Source: an uncultured bacterium (GTDB lineage: Bacteria; Armatimonadota; Abditibacteriia; Abditibacteriales; Abditibacteriaceae). Taken from it: 64,000 bases of DNA. A program made the translations under genes and the position numbers. A model generated the notes under the pieces. The model had not been told where the DNA came from and ran no database searches. It saw only the letters and a program-made list of their open reading frames with translations. Shown in pieces: positions 1 through 11,316 of this stretch (the stretch's first letter is position 1; each line of letters starts with the position of its first letter). The DNA is taken from the NCBI GenBank assembly GCA_963843795.1, contig CAWJLW010000006.1, positions 930,001 through 994,000 on the forward strand, in the 5' to 3' direction.

Positions 1-633
1 GGCGAAATCGCGACACGCAGCGCGTTTGCCCGATGGCTCGATTGAAACGCCGGTATCAATTACCGCGACAATCACACCTTTGCCATGCGAACGTTTCCAT
101 GCGGCTTCGGCGTCGACCATGCGAAAATTCCACTGCTCGTTGTAACGCGGATCGTTGGGAATCCAACTGACACCGCGCCGCGTTTGCGGAACAATAGACG
201 ACTGCGAAACCGAATTTTCAGACGATTCGGGCGTGTTGATTTCCGGTGTCGTGATGCGAAAATCGGCTTCTGCCGATTGCACGCGCGCATCCTGAGCGAG
301 CTTTTTCAGAATCGCGTCGCGGTCGGCGCCGGCGGGCAAAGTCGAGCGATACAATTGATTGGCTTTGGATTGCGGCGAGTTAAATTGTAAGTTCAGACCG
401 AATTGCGCGTTCAATTGCTGCACATCGTCGGGCGTTGCGTCGTCACGCAGATCAACGATGATGTCGCGTGAAGCCAACATCGGTGCGTCGGTGGGCACAC
501 TGGCGGTGCGCGGGGTAGAAATATCGGCGTCGCGCTGGCGCAAAATATTCCAGATCGGAATCGCGGTCGCGCCGATGATTGCCAAAAAAGCGATGATTAA
601 AAAGGTGCGCGTGCGTTGCTGAGAACGGTACAT
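1..633 (-). CDS. S8 subtilisin-family serine peptidase, N-terminal part (runs off the window start)
   Basis: My translation from the ATG at 633 (GGAGG upstream) is open to the window edge. It shows an N-terminal hydrophobic segment, then PNDPRYNEQWNF...AWKRSHGKGVIVAVIDTGV, the subtilase catalytic Asp motif. It is absent from the ORF track because it is truncated. Confidence 0.85.
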   Translation of the reverse strand, partial: MYRSQQRTRTFLIIAFLAIIGATAIPIWNILRQRDADISTPRTASVPTDAPMLASRDIIVDLRDDATPDDVQQLNAQFGLNLQFNSPQSKANQLYRSTLPAGADRDAILKKLAQDARVQSAEADFRITTPEINTPESSENSVSQSSIVPQTRRGVSWIPNDPRYNEQWNFRMVDAEAAWKRSHGKGVIVAVIDTGVSIEPSGKRAACRDFA

Positions 634-668
634 AGTTCCTCCACTTCTGCCTGCAAGTACTTGCCAGT

Positions 669-863
669 CTATTTTTCGCCGCGCAATTCGGGATGGCGCG
701 ACAAAATATATTCGTAGCGGTCTTGCGTTGGCCCGCCGCGCTCGTCGAAACACGGATTGCCGCCCGCGTAGTGCGTGCCTTTGGCATCGCCAAACGGATT
801 CAAGTCGCGCGTTTTGATCCAATTATCAATGCGCTTTTTGGTTTCTTCAGAAATCATACTCAC
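669..863 (-). CDS. Small hypothetical protein (64 aa)
   Basis: Compact, protein-like sequence (LNPFGDAKGTHYAGGNPCFDE...DRYEYIL), GAGG overlapping the start region, co-oriented with its neighbours. Confidence 0.7.
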   Translation of the reverse strand: MSMISEETKKRIDNWIKTRDLNPFGDAKGTHYAGGNPCFDERGGPTQDRYEYILSRHPELRGEK

Positions 864-1148
864 CTCGACCGATATTTTTCAGAAGTTACTTCACTGATAT
901 TATTGTAACGCTTTTCGGCCCCTCCTCATGAAAATAGTGCTGCAAGTACTTGCACGTCATCTTATGTGGCCAAATCTGTGTAATATATTAAACTGTCGGA
1001 GGTGAAACAATGCGACAAACTTTTGAAGAAGTGAGCGATGTGTTATTTTTCTACAAAGAAAAAGTGCGCCGTTTCTGGACACGCAGTGTGCTGCGACGCG
1101 GTGCGCTGAACAAAGCGAGCTATTGAAAATTGTTATTAATGACCAATC

Positions 1149-1194
1149 AAAACAAAAAAGGCTCCGCAAGTACTTGCGGAGCCTTTTTTGTTTT
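1149..1194. terminator. 46-bp perfect palindrome centred on GCAAGTACTTGC; probable intrinsic terminator
   Basis: aaaacaaaaaaggctccGCAAGTACTTGCggagccttttttgtttt, located at the fucosidase stop codon. Confidence 0.8.
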
Positions 1195-2996
1195 ATTGCA
1201 CCGGTTGAATTTTCAGGGCGCGCAGATTGATGGCGTTCCAGTTCGCGCCAGGCTTCAATTGCAGAGTCATTTTTCCGGGCGCGGCGATTTCAATCGTGCC
1301 GAGTGGCATTGATTGAAATTTTTCGTAATCGCCCGTTGCTGCGAGGGCTGAGCGAACGGTTTTGCCGCCGATAATCATATCGAGGTTTGTTGCTGCGGGA
1401 GCGGCGATTTCGGAAGTCACCAGATATTTGCCCGCGCGCACGGCTTGAAAAGTCCACTCGACGAAATCGTTTTTGTCCAACCAAAAACCGAAATTATCTT
1501 TGCCTTCAGCTTTGCGTTCGATGTTGACTGCGCCATGTAAGGTGGCGTCCATCGGTGCGAGCGCCAAACTGCCATCGGCGTTTTGCATGAGGGGCATTTC
1601 TTCGACGACCGGTGCGCCCGCGATTTCCAACAAGATGGTTGAACTCAGGGCATCGGGCGCGACTTTCGGTACGCTAATCGCCACACCATTTGCTCCGTGC
1701 AGTGCGTTCAAGCGTTTTTTGCTGCTAAGCATACGCGCGCCCAAGATCTGGTTTTTCAAGCCCGGCACTACCAGCTCGCCGTTAGCGGGCCAATTCCAAA
1801 CGTGCAGAAATAACTTGGTGTTTTTGCCATCGCGCTTTTGCGTGGCGCGCCCCCAACTGAGCTTTTTGAACGGGCTGGCCTGCGTGTCGTAAATCGCGGT
1901 GCTATTGGTTTTCATCCACGCGCCGATTTGCTGCAAACGTTCGACGCTGGGATTGGGAATTAAGCCTTGCGCCGTCGGGCCGACGTTCAACAAGTAGTTG
2001 CCGCCTTTGCTGGCGCAATCTATCAGGTTGTGAACCAAAGTTTCAGTCGATTTCCAATTGTTATCGTTTTTGTTGTAGCCCCAATGATTGTTCATCGTCA
2101 TGCACGATTCCCAATCGACGCCCGGCCCGAAACCTGTCGCGGGAATTTCCTGTTCGGGCGTGCCGTAATCGCCCACGCCATTGCCTTTATCCATGCCCTG
2201 CATGCCCGAGCGACCTTTGCCAACGCGGTTATTGACGATGATATTTGGCTGCAAAGTGCGCACATAATTGTATAAATCCACGCCGCGCTCGTGCGTCCAG
2301 CTTTCTTCCCATTCGCCATCAAACCACAAAATCCCAATCGGCCCGTAATTGGTCAATAATTCCTTGAGTTGGGCTTTCAGGTATTTCACATACTCGTCCA
2401 TGTCCGGCGTCGGCTCTTTGGCGGATGCGACATCGTTCCACGCTCGGCGCGGCGTGTAATCCTGATGATGCCAATCCATGATCGAATGATAGAAGCACAA
2501 TTTCAATCCGGCCTCTTTACACGCTGAGGCCAATTCTTTCAATGGGTCGCGCTTGGAATGGTGTGCGCTTCAAGCCCCAATCGCCGGTTTGCGAGCGAAA
2601 CATATCGAAGCCATCGTGATGTTTGCTGGTAATGACGATATATTTCATGCCCGCATCTTTGGCTAACTTCACCCACGCTTTGGCGTCGAACTGCGTTGGA
2701 TTGAAACCAACGGCGTATTTTTCATATTGCGAAACCGGCATTTTGGTTTCCTGCAAAAACCACTCGCCGTAATTCGTGTTGCCGTTGTATTCGCCAGCCG
2801 GAACCGCATAAACGCCCCAGTGAACGAACAAGCCGAAACGCGCTTCACGAAACCAGTTCATGCGCGCGTCATGCTGCGCTTGGGTTTCGGCCAGCGGTTT
2901 AAGTTCTTTGACAGCAGTCTTTTGAGCTTGCGCGTGCGCGCTGATACCGGTAAGCAGAGCAGTCGAGAGAAAAGCGGCGGTGATGAAACGATTCAT
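1193..2996 (-). CDS. GH29 alpha-L-fucosidase, secreted, with C-terminal carbohydrate-binding-like domain; frameshift near 2555
   Basis: The 5' ORF has a signal peptide, WFREARFGLFVHWG and ITSKHHDGF. The 3' ORF has FYHSIMDWHH, ILWFDGEW and GGNYLLNVGP. Removing one base at 2555-2556 gives continuous TPFKRDPLKELA. Confidence 0.9.
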
Positions 2997-3142
2997 GAGA
3001 AGTCCTTCGTCGAGGGAAATGGGAGCGCGAATAAGTTGCAAGTACTTGCAGCGCATTTTAACGCACAAAGGGTTCGATAACGATATTGCGGGAAGGTTTC
3101 TTCGCGTTAATAATTCTTTCATGAAATTTCCGGCCCTTAAAT

Positions 3143-3544
3143 TCATTTGCGCTTTTTTCGCATGAACTCTTCGCGTTCGCTGCGGGTAATCCACCAGAAC
3201 ATCAAACGCCAGATTTTCCAGCGTCGCAAAATATGTTTGTTCAAGAGAAAAAAAAGCGCGCCGCTGCCAGTGAGAACGAACATCGTTGCTATGATTTGGA
3301 GTTCTACAGGTAAATCGCTTGGCAACCTTTCATCTAAAAATTTCCTGCCAAAATTTAGCGTTGGAAAAACGACACACAGATAAGAAACTGAGGTTACAGC
3401 TCTGCCCACGCAACCACGCGCGATAATTTCGCCTTTCTCGGGTTGCGCAGATTTGTTCGGTTGTTCATGGACTTGAATATAGTAAATTCCAATCACAAAC
3501 AAAGTCAGCAAAAAACATATCAAAATCCAGAACATTTGACTCAT
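3143..3544 (-). CDS. Small hypothetical membrane protein (about 3 TM), AT-rich
   Basis: Hydrophobic segments; ATG at 3544 preceded by TACAAT 7 nt upstream. Confidence 0.55.
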   Translation of the reverse strand: MSQMFWILICFLLTLFVIGIYYIQVHEQPNKSAQPEKGEIIARGCVGRAVTSVSYLCVVFPTLNFGRKFLDERLPSDLPVELQIIATMFVLTGSGALFFLLNKHILRRWKIWRLMFWWITRSEREEFMRKKRK

Positions 3545-3636
3545 AACTTCTATTGTAAGCGAGCTTTCAACTAAACGCGAAAAGAGTTGGCGGCACTGCG
3601 CTTGCAAAAGAAAGTGACAAAATACTGGAGGCAGAA

Positions 3637-4056
3637 ATGGCACAAGACGACAATCCACAAATCGAGCAATTAGCTCAGCAATTTATCGACGCATTGCACG
3701 CCTTGGAAACCGGTGGCGAAGAACACGTGCAGGACATCGCCGAAATGTTTGCCGAAAACGCGACTTTGTGCAACTCCGCGCTGGATTTGCAGGGCAAAGA
3801 AGCCAATGGCAAAAACGCAGTCGTGCAATTCTGGACGGAATACAAAACTTCTTTGGGGCAGGTAAAATCGGAGTTTCATCACATCACGACTAACGAGCGT
3901 TCGGCAGGTTTGTTTTGGACGACTAAAGGCCAAAATCCTAACGGCGAAGCCGTCGATTATCACGGCGCGACTTTGTTGGAATGGAACGATGCGGGCCTGA
4001 TTCGATTCTTTCGCGGTTATTATGATACGCGCCAATTGGAACTCAAAGCATCTTAA
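3637..4056 (+). CDS. SnoaL-like / NTF2-family protein
   Basis: GGAGG RBS; NTF2-like pattern (IAEMFAENA...G+.AV..FW...GLIRFFRGYYD). Confidence 0.8.
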   Translation: MAQDDNPQIEQLAQQFIDALHALETGGEEHVQDIAEMFAENATLCNSALDLQGKEANGKNAVVQFWTEYKTSLGQVKSEFHHITTNERSAGLFWTTKGQNPNGEAVDYHGATLLEWNDAGLIRFFRGYYDTRQLELKAS

Positions 4057-4071
4057 GTTTCATCGCAACCG

Positions 4072-4107
4072 AAAAAGCGCGCTGCAAGTACTTGCAGCGC
4101 GCTTTTT
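4072..4107. terminator. 36-bp perfect palindrome centred on the motif; bidirectional terminator
   Basis: aaaaagcgcgctGCAAGTACTTGCagcgcgcttttt between convergent genes. Confidence 0.85.
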
Positions 4108-4112
4108 GTAGT

Positions 4113-4901
4113 TTATTTGGCTTGTTTGCGAAACGGCAGCATCCATAAATCGCCAATGGTTAAATCGTGTTCGTGCGGCAGTTCGGGCACGCCTATTTTG
4201 ATTTCCCCTTGTGAAATATCATCGCGGCGGCTGCGGTGAATTTTGTCCCAGAAAGAAAAAATCGTGCCCCAGTTGGAATCCATTTCGTCGCGTTTGACCG
4301 AATGATGAATGCCGTGCAAACGCGGTGTGATAAAACAGCGGCTCAAAGTCGCTTCGATCCACAACGGCAAACGCCAATTGGAATGATGGAACTGCGCGGC
4401 AGTTTCAAACGCGCCTTCGAAAATCAAAACGCCAATCGCAGGCACGCCGCCGATGATAACGACAAGCACACGAAATACAACCGACAAAACCAGTTCGCCA
4501 AAGTGAAAGCGCGCCGCTGTCGAAGAATCCATATCTTCGTCGGCGTGATGCACCAGATGAAATCGCCACAAAAACGGCACGCGGTGCGTCGCGATGTGCC
4601 ACCAATAATACGCGTAATCGGCCCAAACTACGCCCGCAAGTACCTGCAGCGCAAATGGCAGCGGCACATGATGCAAAATGCCGACGTTGTGTTCCTGCGC
4701 CCACAATGCCGCGCCATAAGGAATCGGAATCAAAGCCAAACGCATCACGACAAACGCGGGCAGAGAAAACACTAAATTGCGCATCACGCGCGGCAATTGT
4801 GCATATTTTTGGTGGCGTAACGGCGTCGAAAAACCGCGCCACAGAAAATATGCGAATGCGAGCATTACAAAAGGCGCAATACGAAAATCATAGAAACTCA
4901 T
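4113..4901 (-). CDS. Sterol desaturase / fatty acid hydroxylase family protein
   Basis: His boxes YWWHIATH, FHLVHH, QFHHSN and LHGIHH; NWGTIFSFWDKI; TM segments. Confidence 0.9.
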   Translation of the reverse strand: MSFYDFRIAPFVMLAFAYFLWRGFSTPLRHQKYAQLPRVMRNLVFSLPAFVVMRLALIPIPYGAALWAQEHNVGILHHVPLPFALQVLAGVVWADYAYYWWHIATHRVPFLWRFHLVHHADEDMDSSTAARFHFGELVLSVVFRVLVVIIGGVPAIGVLIFEGAFETAAQFHHSNWRLPLWIEATLSRCFITPRLHGIHHSVKRDEMDSNWGTIFSFWDKIHRSRRDDISQGEIKIGVPELPHEHDLTIGDLWMLPFRKQAK

Positions 4902-4949
4902 GATGAGAGTAGAGTTGAAACCAAAAACGAAAAGATGGGCTTGTTATAA

Positions 4950-6377
<1,428 letters not shown>

Positions 6378-6393
6378 AAATCAGTTGAAAACG

Positions 6394-6425
6394 AAACGGC
6401 CCGCGCAAAATTGCGCGGGCCGTTT
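6394..6425. terminator. Bidirectional intrinsic terminator between thiC and miaA
   Basis: aaacggcccgcgcaa-aa-ttgcgcgggccgttt hairpin. Confidence 0.8.
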
Positions 6426-7301
6426 TTATAAGGACATGTCCAACCGGTGTTGGGGCATATTTAGCGTTTCGCCTTCCAACTGATGACGAAACCAGGTTTC
6501 CTGCCGCTTGGCATAACGTCGCGATTCTTGTTTCCACAACGCAATCGCCTCTACGCGTTGCGATTCATCGTTCAACGCGGGCAACATTTGACGATAGCCG
6601 ACGCTGTTCAATATCGGTGCATCCAGTGGCACGCCGCTTTCGACTAAAGTGCGCAATTCTTGCCATGCTCCTTCGCCTATCATTTGCTCGATGCGAGTTT
6701 CTATGCGTTGATAAAGAATTTCGCGCGGCCATTGCAATTTGTAAACGCGCGCTTTTATCGATTCAATCTCACGGCAAGTACTTGCGGGCGGCGAAAGCGC
6801 GATTTGAAGCGCGCGAATGATACGATAGCGATCATTCAAGTCGATGGAAGCCGCGCGCTGCGGTGCAAGGACTTGCAAGCGTTGATACAAAGATTCCGCG
6901 CCATTTTCGTCCCATTGTTTTTCCAATTCAAAGCGCAAATTTTCATCTGGTTCGCGATTATCGAACAAATGCGGCTGCAACAAAGCGCGCAGATAAAAAC
7001 CCGTTCCGCCACAAATTATCGGCGTTTTATCGCGCGCCTGAATATCGGTGATGCAGTCGCGTGCGCGCGCGGCCCATTGCAAGGCGGAAAACGTTTCGTC
7101 GGGCTCGCAAATATCAATTAAATGATGGCGTGCTTGAAGTTGTTCGGCGCGCGTGGGTTTGGCGGTCACGATGTCGCAGCGCCGATAAATCTGGCGTGAG
7201 TCGGCGGAAATGATTTCTCCGTTCAATCGTTGCGCGAGTTCAATCGAAAGCGCAGTTTTGCCGCTGGCGGTCGGGCCGGCGATGATGATTGCTTCAGTCA
7301 T
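6426..7301 (-). CDS. miaA: tRNA dimethylallyltransferase
   Basis: GPTASGKT, IISADSRQIY, GGTGFY, RIIRAL and RRYAKRQETWFR. Confidence 0.96.
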   Translation of the reverse strand: MTEAIIIAGPTASGKTALSIELAQRLNGEIISADSRQIYRRCDIVTAKPTRAEQLQARHHLIDICEPDETFSALQWAARARDCITDIQARDKTPIICGGTGFYLRALLQPHLFDNREPDENLRFELEKQWDENGAESLYQRLQVLAPQRAASIDLNDRYRIIRALQIALSPPASTCREIESIKARVYKLQWPREILYQRIETRIEQMIGEGAWQELRTLVESGVPLDAPILNSVGYRQMLPALNDESQRVEAIALWKQESRRYAKRQETWFRHQLEGETLNMPQHRLDMSL

Positions 7302-9069
7302 ATTCCACCTGCTGAACATTGAGAATCGTGCTTTGCGAAGTCACGAAGCGATTTCGCTGGTCGTAAATGAAAACTGTGAATTTCTGCGCTCCGGGCGCGA
7401 TGCCGCTCAAATCTAGATTGATTTCGTGTGCGCCGGGACGCGAGCTGGCATAGACGATTTTATCGCCAAGTTTGGCGAAAGTTTTCGTACCTTCCAGTTG
7501 CAAATTGCTCCAAATCGACAAGCGAGCCACACCGCGCACCGTTGCGCTGGCACCGATTGGAAGCGGTAATTGCGGCGTGGTTGAACCGATGGTTTGCCAT
7601 TGCGAAAGAAAATAAGGCGCGCTGGTGACGCGCTGATAGGCTGCAAGTACTTGCGGTAGGTCGCCGAGCGTGTAATCGTTTAGCGTTTTGCCCGGCGAAG
7701 GGTTGGCAATGGTGTTCATGTCGAACCAATCGATCAGTTTCACACGCGGATATTTTCGCGGCAGCGCGCCGTAAACCATTGCGAGCTTTTGAATCGCAAA
7801 TTGCGGACGGTCTTTATTGTCCAACGCAGCACGATGCGAAGCAGCAAATTCGCAAATCGCAATCGGTTTGCGTGATGCATATTTACGATAAATTGGATCG
7901 AGAAGAGCGAGGGGCGAATCGTCGAAAGCCGGACGCTTGCGATTGTTTTGGTAAAACGGCACGGCGTAGAAATTGATGCCGACCCAATCGCAATTTGCGT
8001 CGCCGGGATAATACGCGTCGATGTTGCCCAACGGCGGATTATTAACGCACCAAATTGTCGCGATGCGCGGCGCGCGCCGGTGCAAAACCTTGTGAACCAG
8101 AGCGAACTTCTGGCGATACAAAGCCGGATTATTGTGATACGGCGTCCAATCGCCGTTCATTTCGCTGGCGAAACGGAAGAAAATCGGCCAATCCACGTCG
8201 CGACATTGTTCGGCAAAATCGCGCAAATAAGTATCGTCTTGCACATCGTTGAGATTTTTCGGTTCCCACGCAATTTGTGGGATAGCGCCCTGGGCCTTGA
8301 GTTCTGCGATCCATTGACGCGGGAATTTTTGGCCGTAAGCCAGATACATGAAATGTGAGCCGTGCGGCTTGCCAGCGAATTGCGCCCAATCGCGGGCACG
8401 TCGATGGGTTTGGAAGTTTTCGTCCCGATATGAATCTGTTAAGTCGCTGCTGCGGTCGATGAAGGCGCCCAGATAACAGCCGACGAGTGGTTCCAAAGGT
8501 GCGCTGGAATATAAGGTTTTTAGTTCGCTATCGCTGGCTTTGCGTTCAAGATAAAGCGTGGTCGTCGGGTCGTAACGCGCGGCGCGCTGTTCGTCGATGA
8601 TGGCCGCATCGTTGAGTTTTTTGAGGCGATATTGTGCCGCTTCTGCGCGCAAGGTTTGGGCGGCTTCCTGATACAAACCAGCATCGAGGTAAGAATCGGC
8701 GAGTTCGCGATAAGCGGCGAACAATTTATATTTGGCGATTTTTTCTTTCAACGGTGCCAGTCGTGCCTCGTTAATGCGCGGCTTGATGGCGGGCGCGGGC
8801 AAGCGCAGCGGTAAATCGCTAAGTGAAGCGGCATCAGGTGGCGCAGGAATTGGCGTGGCTTTGTGAAACGACGGATTTTCCTCATCGGATGCATTTTCAT
8901 CGGGTACGTTTTCATCAGCTGCATTTTCATTGGATGCAGCCTCATCGGGTTCAAATTCGTCTGATTTGGATGTGCTGGCGATTGGTTGTGATGATGACGT
9001 GTTTTCGGGAACGTTGGCAGAGCAACCAATGAGCAGAAAAGCAGCGCAGAAAAGCAGATTTCGAGGCAT
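7294..9069 (-). CDS. Lipoprotein with GH26 (beta-mannanase-like) domain
   Basis: Lipobox-like LLIGC; IAWEP, FRFASEMNGDW, YYPGD...DWVG and KPIAICEF motifs; acidic repetitive N-terminal linker. Confidence 0.85.
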   Translation of the reverse strand: MPRNLLFCAAFLLIGCSANVPENTSSSQPIASTSKSDEFEPDEAASNENAADENVPDENASDEENPSFHKATPIPAPPDAASLSDLPLRLPAPAIKPRINEARLAPLKEKIAKYKLFAAYRELADSYLDAGLYQEAAQTLRAEAAQYRLKKLNDAAIIDEQRAARYDPTTTLYLERKASDSELKTLYSSAPLEPLVGCYLGAFIDRSSDLTDSYRDENFQTHRRARDWAQFAGKPHGSHFMYLAYGQKFPRQWIAELKAQGAIPQIAWEPKNLNDVQDDTYLRDFAEQCRDVDWPIFFRFASEMNGDWTPYHNNPALYRQKFALVHKVLHRRAPRIATIWCVNNPPLGNIDAYYPGDANCDWVGINFYAVPFYQNNRKRPAFDDSPLALLDPIYRKYASRKPIAICEFAASHRAALDNKDRPQFAIQKLAMVYGALPRKYPRVKLIDWFDMNTIANPSPGKTLNDYTLGDLPQVLAAYQRVTSAPYFLSQWQTIGSTTPQLPLPIGASATVRGVARLSIWSNLQLEGTKTFAKLGDKIVYASSRPGAHEINLDLSGIAPGAQKFTVFIYDQRNRFVTSQSTILNVQQVEYD

Positions 9070-9153
9070 ATATCAATTGTAGCGTGCTGCAAGTACTTGC
9101 AAGCACCCAAAAACGGCGGCGATTTGTGTTGGAGCCGTTCTATACTGCGAATT

Positions 9154-9828
9154 ATGAAAATTGGTGTTTTGGCGTTGCAGGGCGATTACGAAGCGCACGA
9201 AAGAATTTTAGAACAGTGCGCAGTCGAAATTCCACTTGAAACCGTGCGCGTGCGCGATGCAAAAGCGCTCGAAGTTATCGACGGTTTAATTTTGCCCGGC
9301 GGCGAAAGCACTACGATGAGTCGTTTGTGCGAGCGCTACGAATTATGGCAGCCTCTGCATGACGCCGTCGCGGCAGGTTTGCCGTTATTCGGGACGTGTG
9401 CGGGCATGATTCTGATGGCGCGCAATCTCAGTGGCCAAACGCGCAATTTTACGCAGCGAACATTGGGCGTTCTCGACGTGGATGTGGCGCGCAATGCTTA
9501 CGGCAGTCAGCTCGATTCATTTGAAACCACATTGCAATGGCAAGATAACGAGCCGCCGTTGAACGCGACTTTTATTCGCGCACCGCGCCTCACTCGACTG
9601 GGAAACGCGGTGCAAGTACTTGCCCGTCACGATGGCGAGCCTGTCGCCGTGCATCAGGGTTTATGGTGGGCATGCGCTTTTCATCCCGAAATCGCCGGTG
9701 AAACCCGTTTGCACAGAGCATGGCTGCGTGCCATTATGGAACGAAGTGAGAGCGAAGGAAACGAGAGCCGTCGCAGCGGATTGCGCGCGGGCGCAACAAG
9801 CGCTCAGGCTGGGAAAAACCATGATTGA
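9154..9828 (+). CDS. pdxT: Pyridoxal 5'-phosphate synthase glutaminase subunit
   Basis: MKIGVLALQG, LILPGGESTT, GTCAGMI, RNAYGSQLDSF, FIRAP and FHPE. Confidence 0.96.
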   Translation: MKIGVLALQGDYEAHERILEQCAVEIPLETVRVRDAKALEVIDGLILPGGESTTMSRLCERYELWQPLHDAVAAGLPLFGTCAGMILMARNLSGQTRNFTQRTLGVLDVDVARNAYGSQLDSFETTLQWQDNEPPLNATFIRAPRLTRLGNAVQVLARHDGEPVAVHQGLWWACAFHPEIAGETRLHRAWLRAIMERSESEGNESRRSGLRAGATSAQAGKNHD

Positions 9829-11059
9829 ACGGCCTTCATCGCAAACGCCCACAGAAAAGTTGGCGTTTGACGAAACTAAAGTGCATGAAGCCAAAGCTCT
9901 TGAAGCCAAAGCTCTCGAAGCTAAAGCTCACTCGACGCTGCAAAAGCGCGCGGCTTTGCTGGGGGTCGGCGTTTTAATGTGTGGTTTTGTGGCCGGCTAC
10001 GGTTACGGTGTGGGAGTCAATCGTCAGGAAAAAAATGTGTTGCAACAGCAGCCCAAGCCGCGCCCGTTTGCGCCGATTGTCAAGGGAATGCGGCTGGCGC
10101 CCGATGGAAGGCAACTGGCGTTCGCAGCAGTTTATGATTCTTCGCAGCGTTCGAGCCGTTTTGTAGTCGATGTTGAAAGCGGGCGTTTTAGCGCGCAGGA
10201 AACACCGGTGGGTTGGCAGGATTATGTCGTGGCGTGGAATCGCGCTGGTAATCAATTCCTGGTCAAGCGCGAGCGCATTCCGCGTCCTGTTGCCGAAGCC
10301 AGCGCCGGGTTTTACGAACAGAAAATTCTGCCCGGACAGTGGCCGCGTCTTAGTGGCGATATGGAAGCCATTAAACCCAAATTACCTTCTGGTGAAACTG
10401 TTATCGCCGGCTTTTGGGACGACCGCGACCGCTTTGTGGTGAAAACCAAGCGCGAACCGAAAAAGTTGCTGGTGCCGCAAAACCAGAAGCTCGCGACTTT
10501 CGATAGCTCATCCGATGATTATCTGCAAAATCGTGTCGTGACCGAAAATGGTCGCTCGGTCGCGTATGTTGTGCGCAACGTGGGCGCTATCGGTTCTCCG
10601 CTGGCTTTATTTCGCGTGGAAAATGGCGTCGCCAAAAATCTTAGTGGCGATTTGGCCGATATGGTGTGGGCGTATATCTCCGATGACTCCAAATGGATGA
10701 TCGCGGCGCGCTATGCCGATAATCAGAAAGATTGGCAGTGGAGTTTGTATCATATCACCCCCGCCAAAGCTACCAAAGTGAAAACGGCGCAAATTCCGGG
10801 TGATGTCATCGGCGTTTATTGGTCGCCGGACTTCAAGACCATTCTGGGCGCCAATGGAGAATCGTTGTGGCTGATCGATATTCCTACGCTTAAAGCGCGC
10901 AAATTGGGCGATAAGCGTTTGAGCAACGCCGACGACGCGACGTGGAGCGTGGATTCCAAGAGCGTTTATGTCGCGACCGATGGCAAGCTGTGGCACGTCG
11001 ATGTGAAAAGCGGTGCTATGCGCGTGTTATGGACGTTTCCCGATCAATACTGGCAGTGA
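9821..11059 (+). CDS. Membrane-anchored TolB/WD40-like beta-propeller protein
   Basis: One TM segment followed by PD40-like repeats (LAPDGRQLAF, WSPDFKTI, WSVDSKSVY); start overlaps the pdxT stop. Confidence 0.65.
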   Translation: MIERPSSQTPTEKLAFDETKVHEAKALEAKALEAKAHSTLQKRAALLGVGVLMCGFVAGYGYGVGVNRQEKNVLQQQPKPRPFAPIVKGMRLAPDGRQLAFAAVYDSSQRSSRFVVDVESGRFSAQETPVGWQDYVVAWNRAGNQFLVKRERIPRPVAEASAGFYEQKILPGQWPRLSGDMEAIKPKLPSGETVIAGFWDDRDRFVVKTKREPKKLLVPQNQKLATFDSSSDDYLQNRVVTENGRSVAYVVRNVGAIGSPLALFRVENGVAKNLSGDLADMVWAYISDDSKWMIAARYADNQKDWQWSLYHITPAKATKVKTAQIPGDVIGVYWSPDFKTILGANGESLWLIDIPTLKARKLGDKRLSNADDATWSVDSKSVYVATDGKLWHVDVKSGAMRVLWTFPDQYWQ

Positions 11060-11316
11060 AACTCGCATCCTGTGCGCCGCAAGTACTTGCAACAGACTTT
11101 ATCTATTAATGGTCAATATTTTGTAGCTAAGAAAATGATGTGCGACTGCGAAATGTGTCGCTATGTGTGGTAAATGGTTATAGTGGAAAGTGGTGCTTTT
11201 TGAGCACTCATTTTGCGCTCCAGTGATAGTTGGTAAAGGCATAGCCGATTAAATTCAGGTCGCTTGAAGATCGAAACCAAATTGAATGTGAATTGATTGT
11301 AGATTGATGAGGTATT

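Noticed and set aside
957..1169. 70-aa ORF in the AT-rich spacer
   Set aside because: It starts inside the terminator palindrome and has no RBS or recognisable motif.
2997..3194. N-terminal extensions in the ORF track containing CKYLQ/ASTC (fucosidase, pdxT, DUF1080, BNR protein, Ser-rich protein)
   Set aside because: They are read-through of intergenic motif copies from upstream alternative starts. Better starts lie downstream, so these copies were counted as intergenic.
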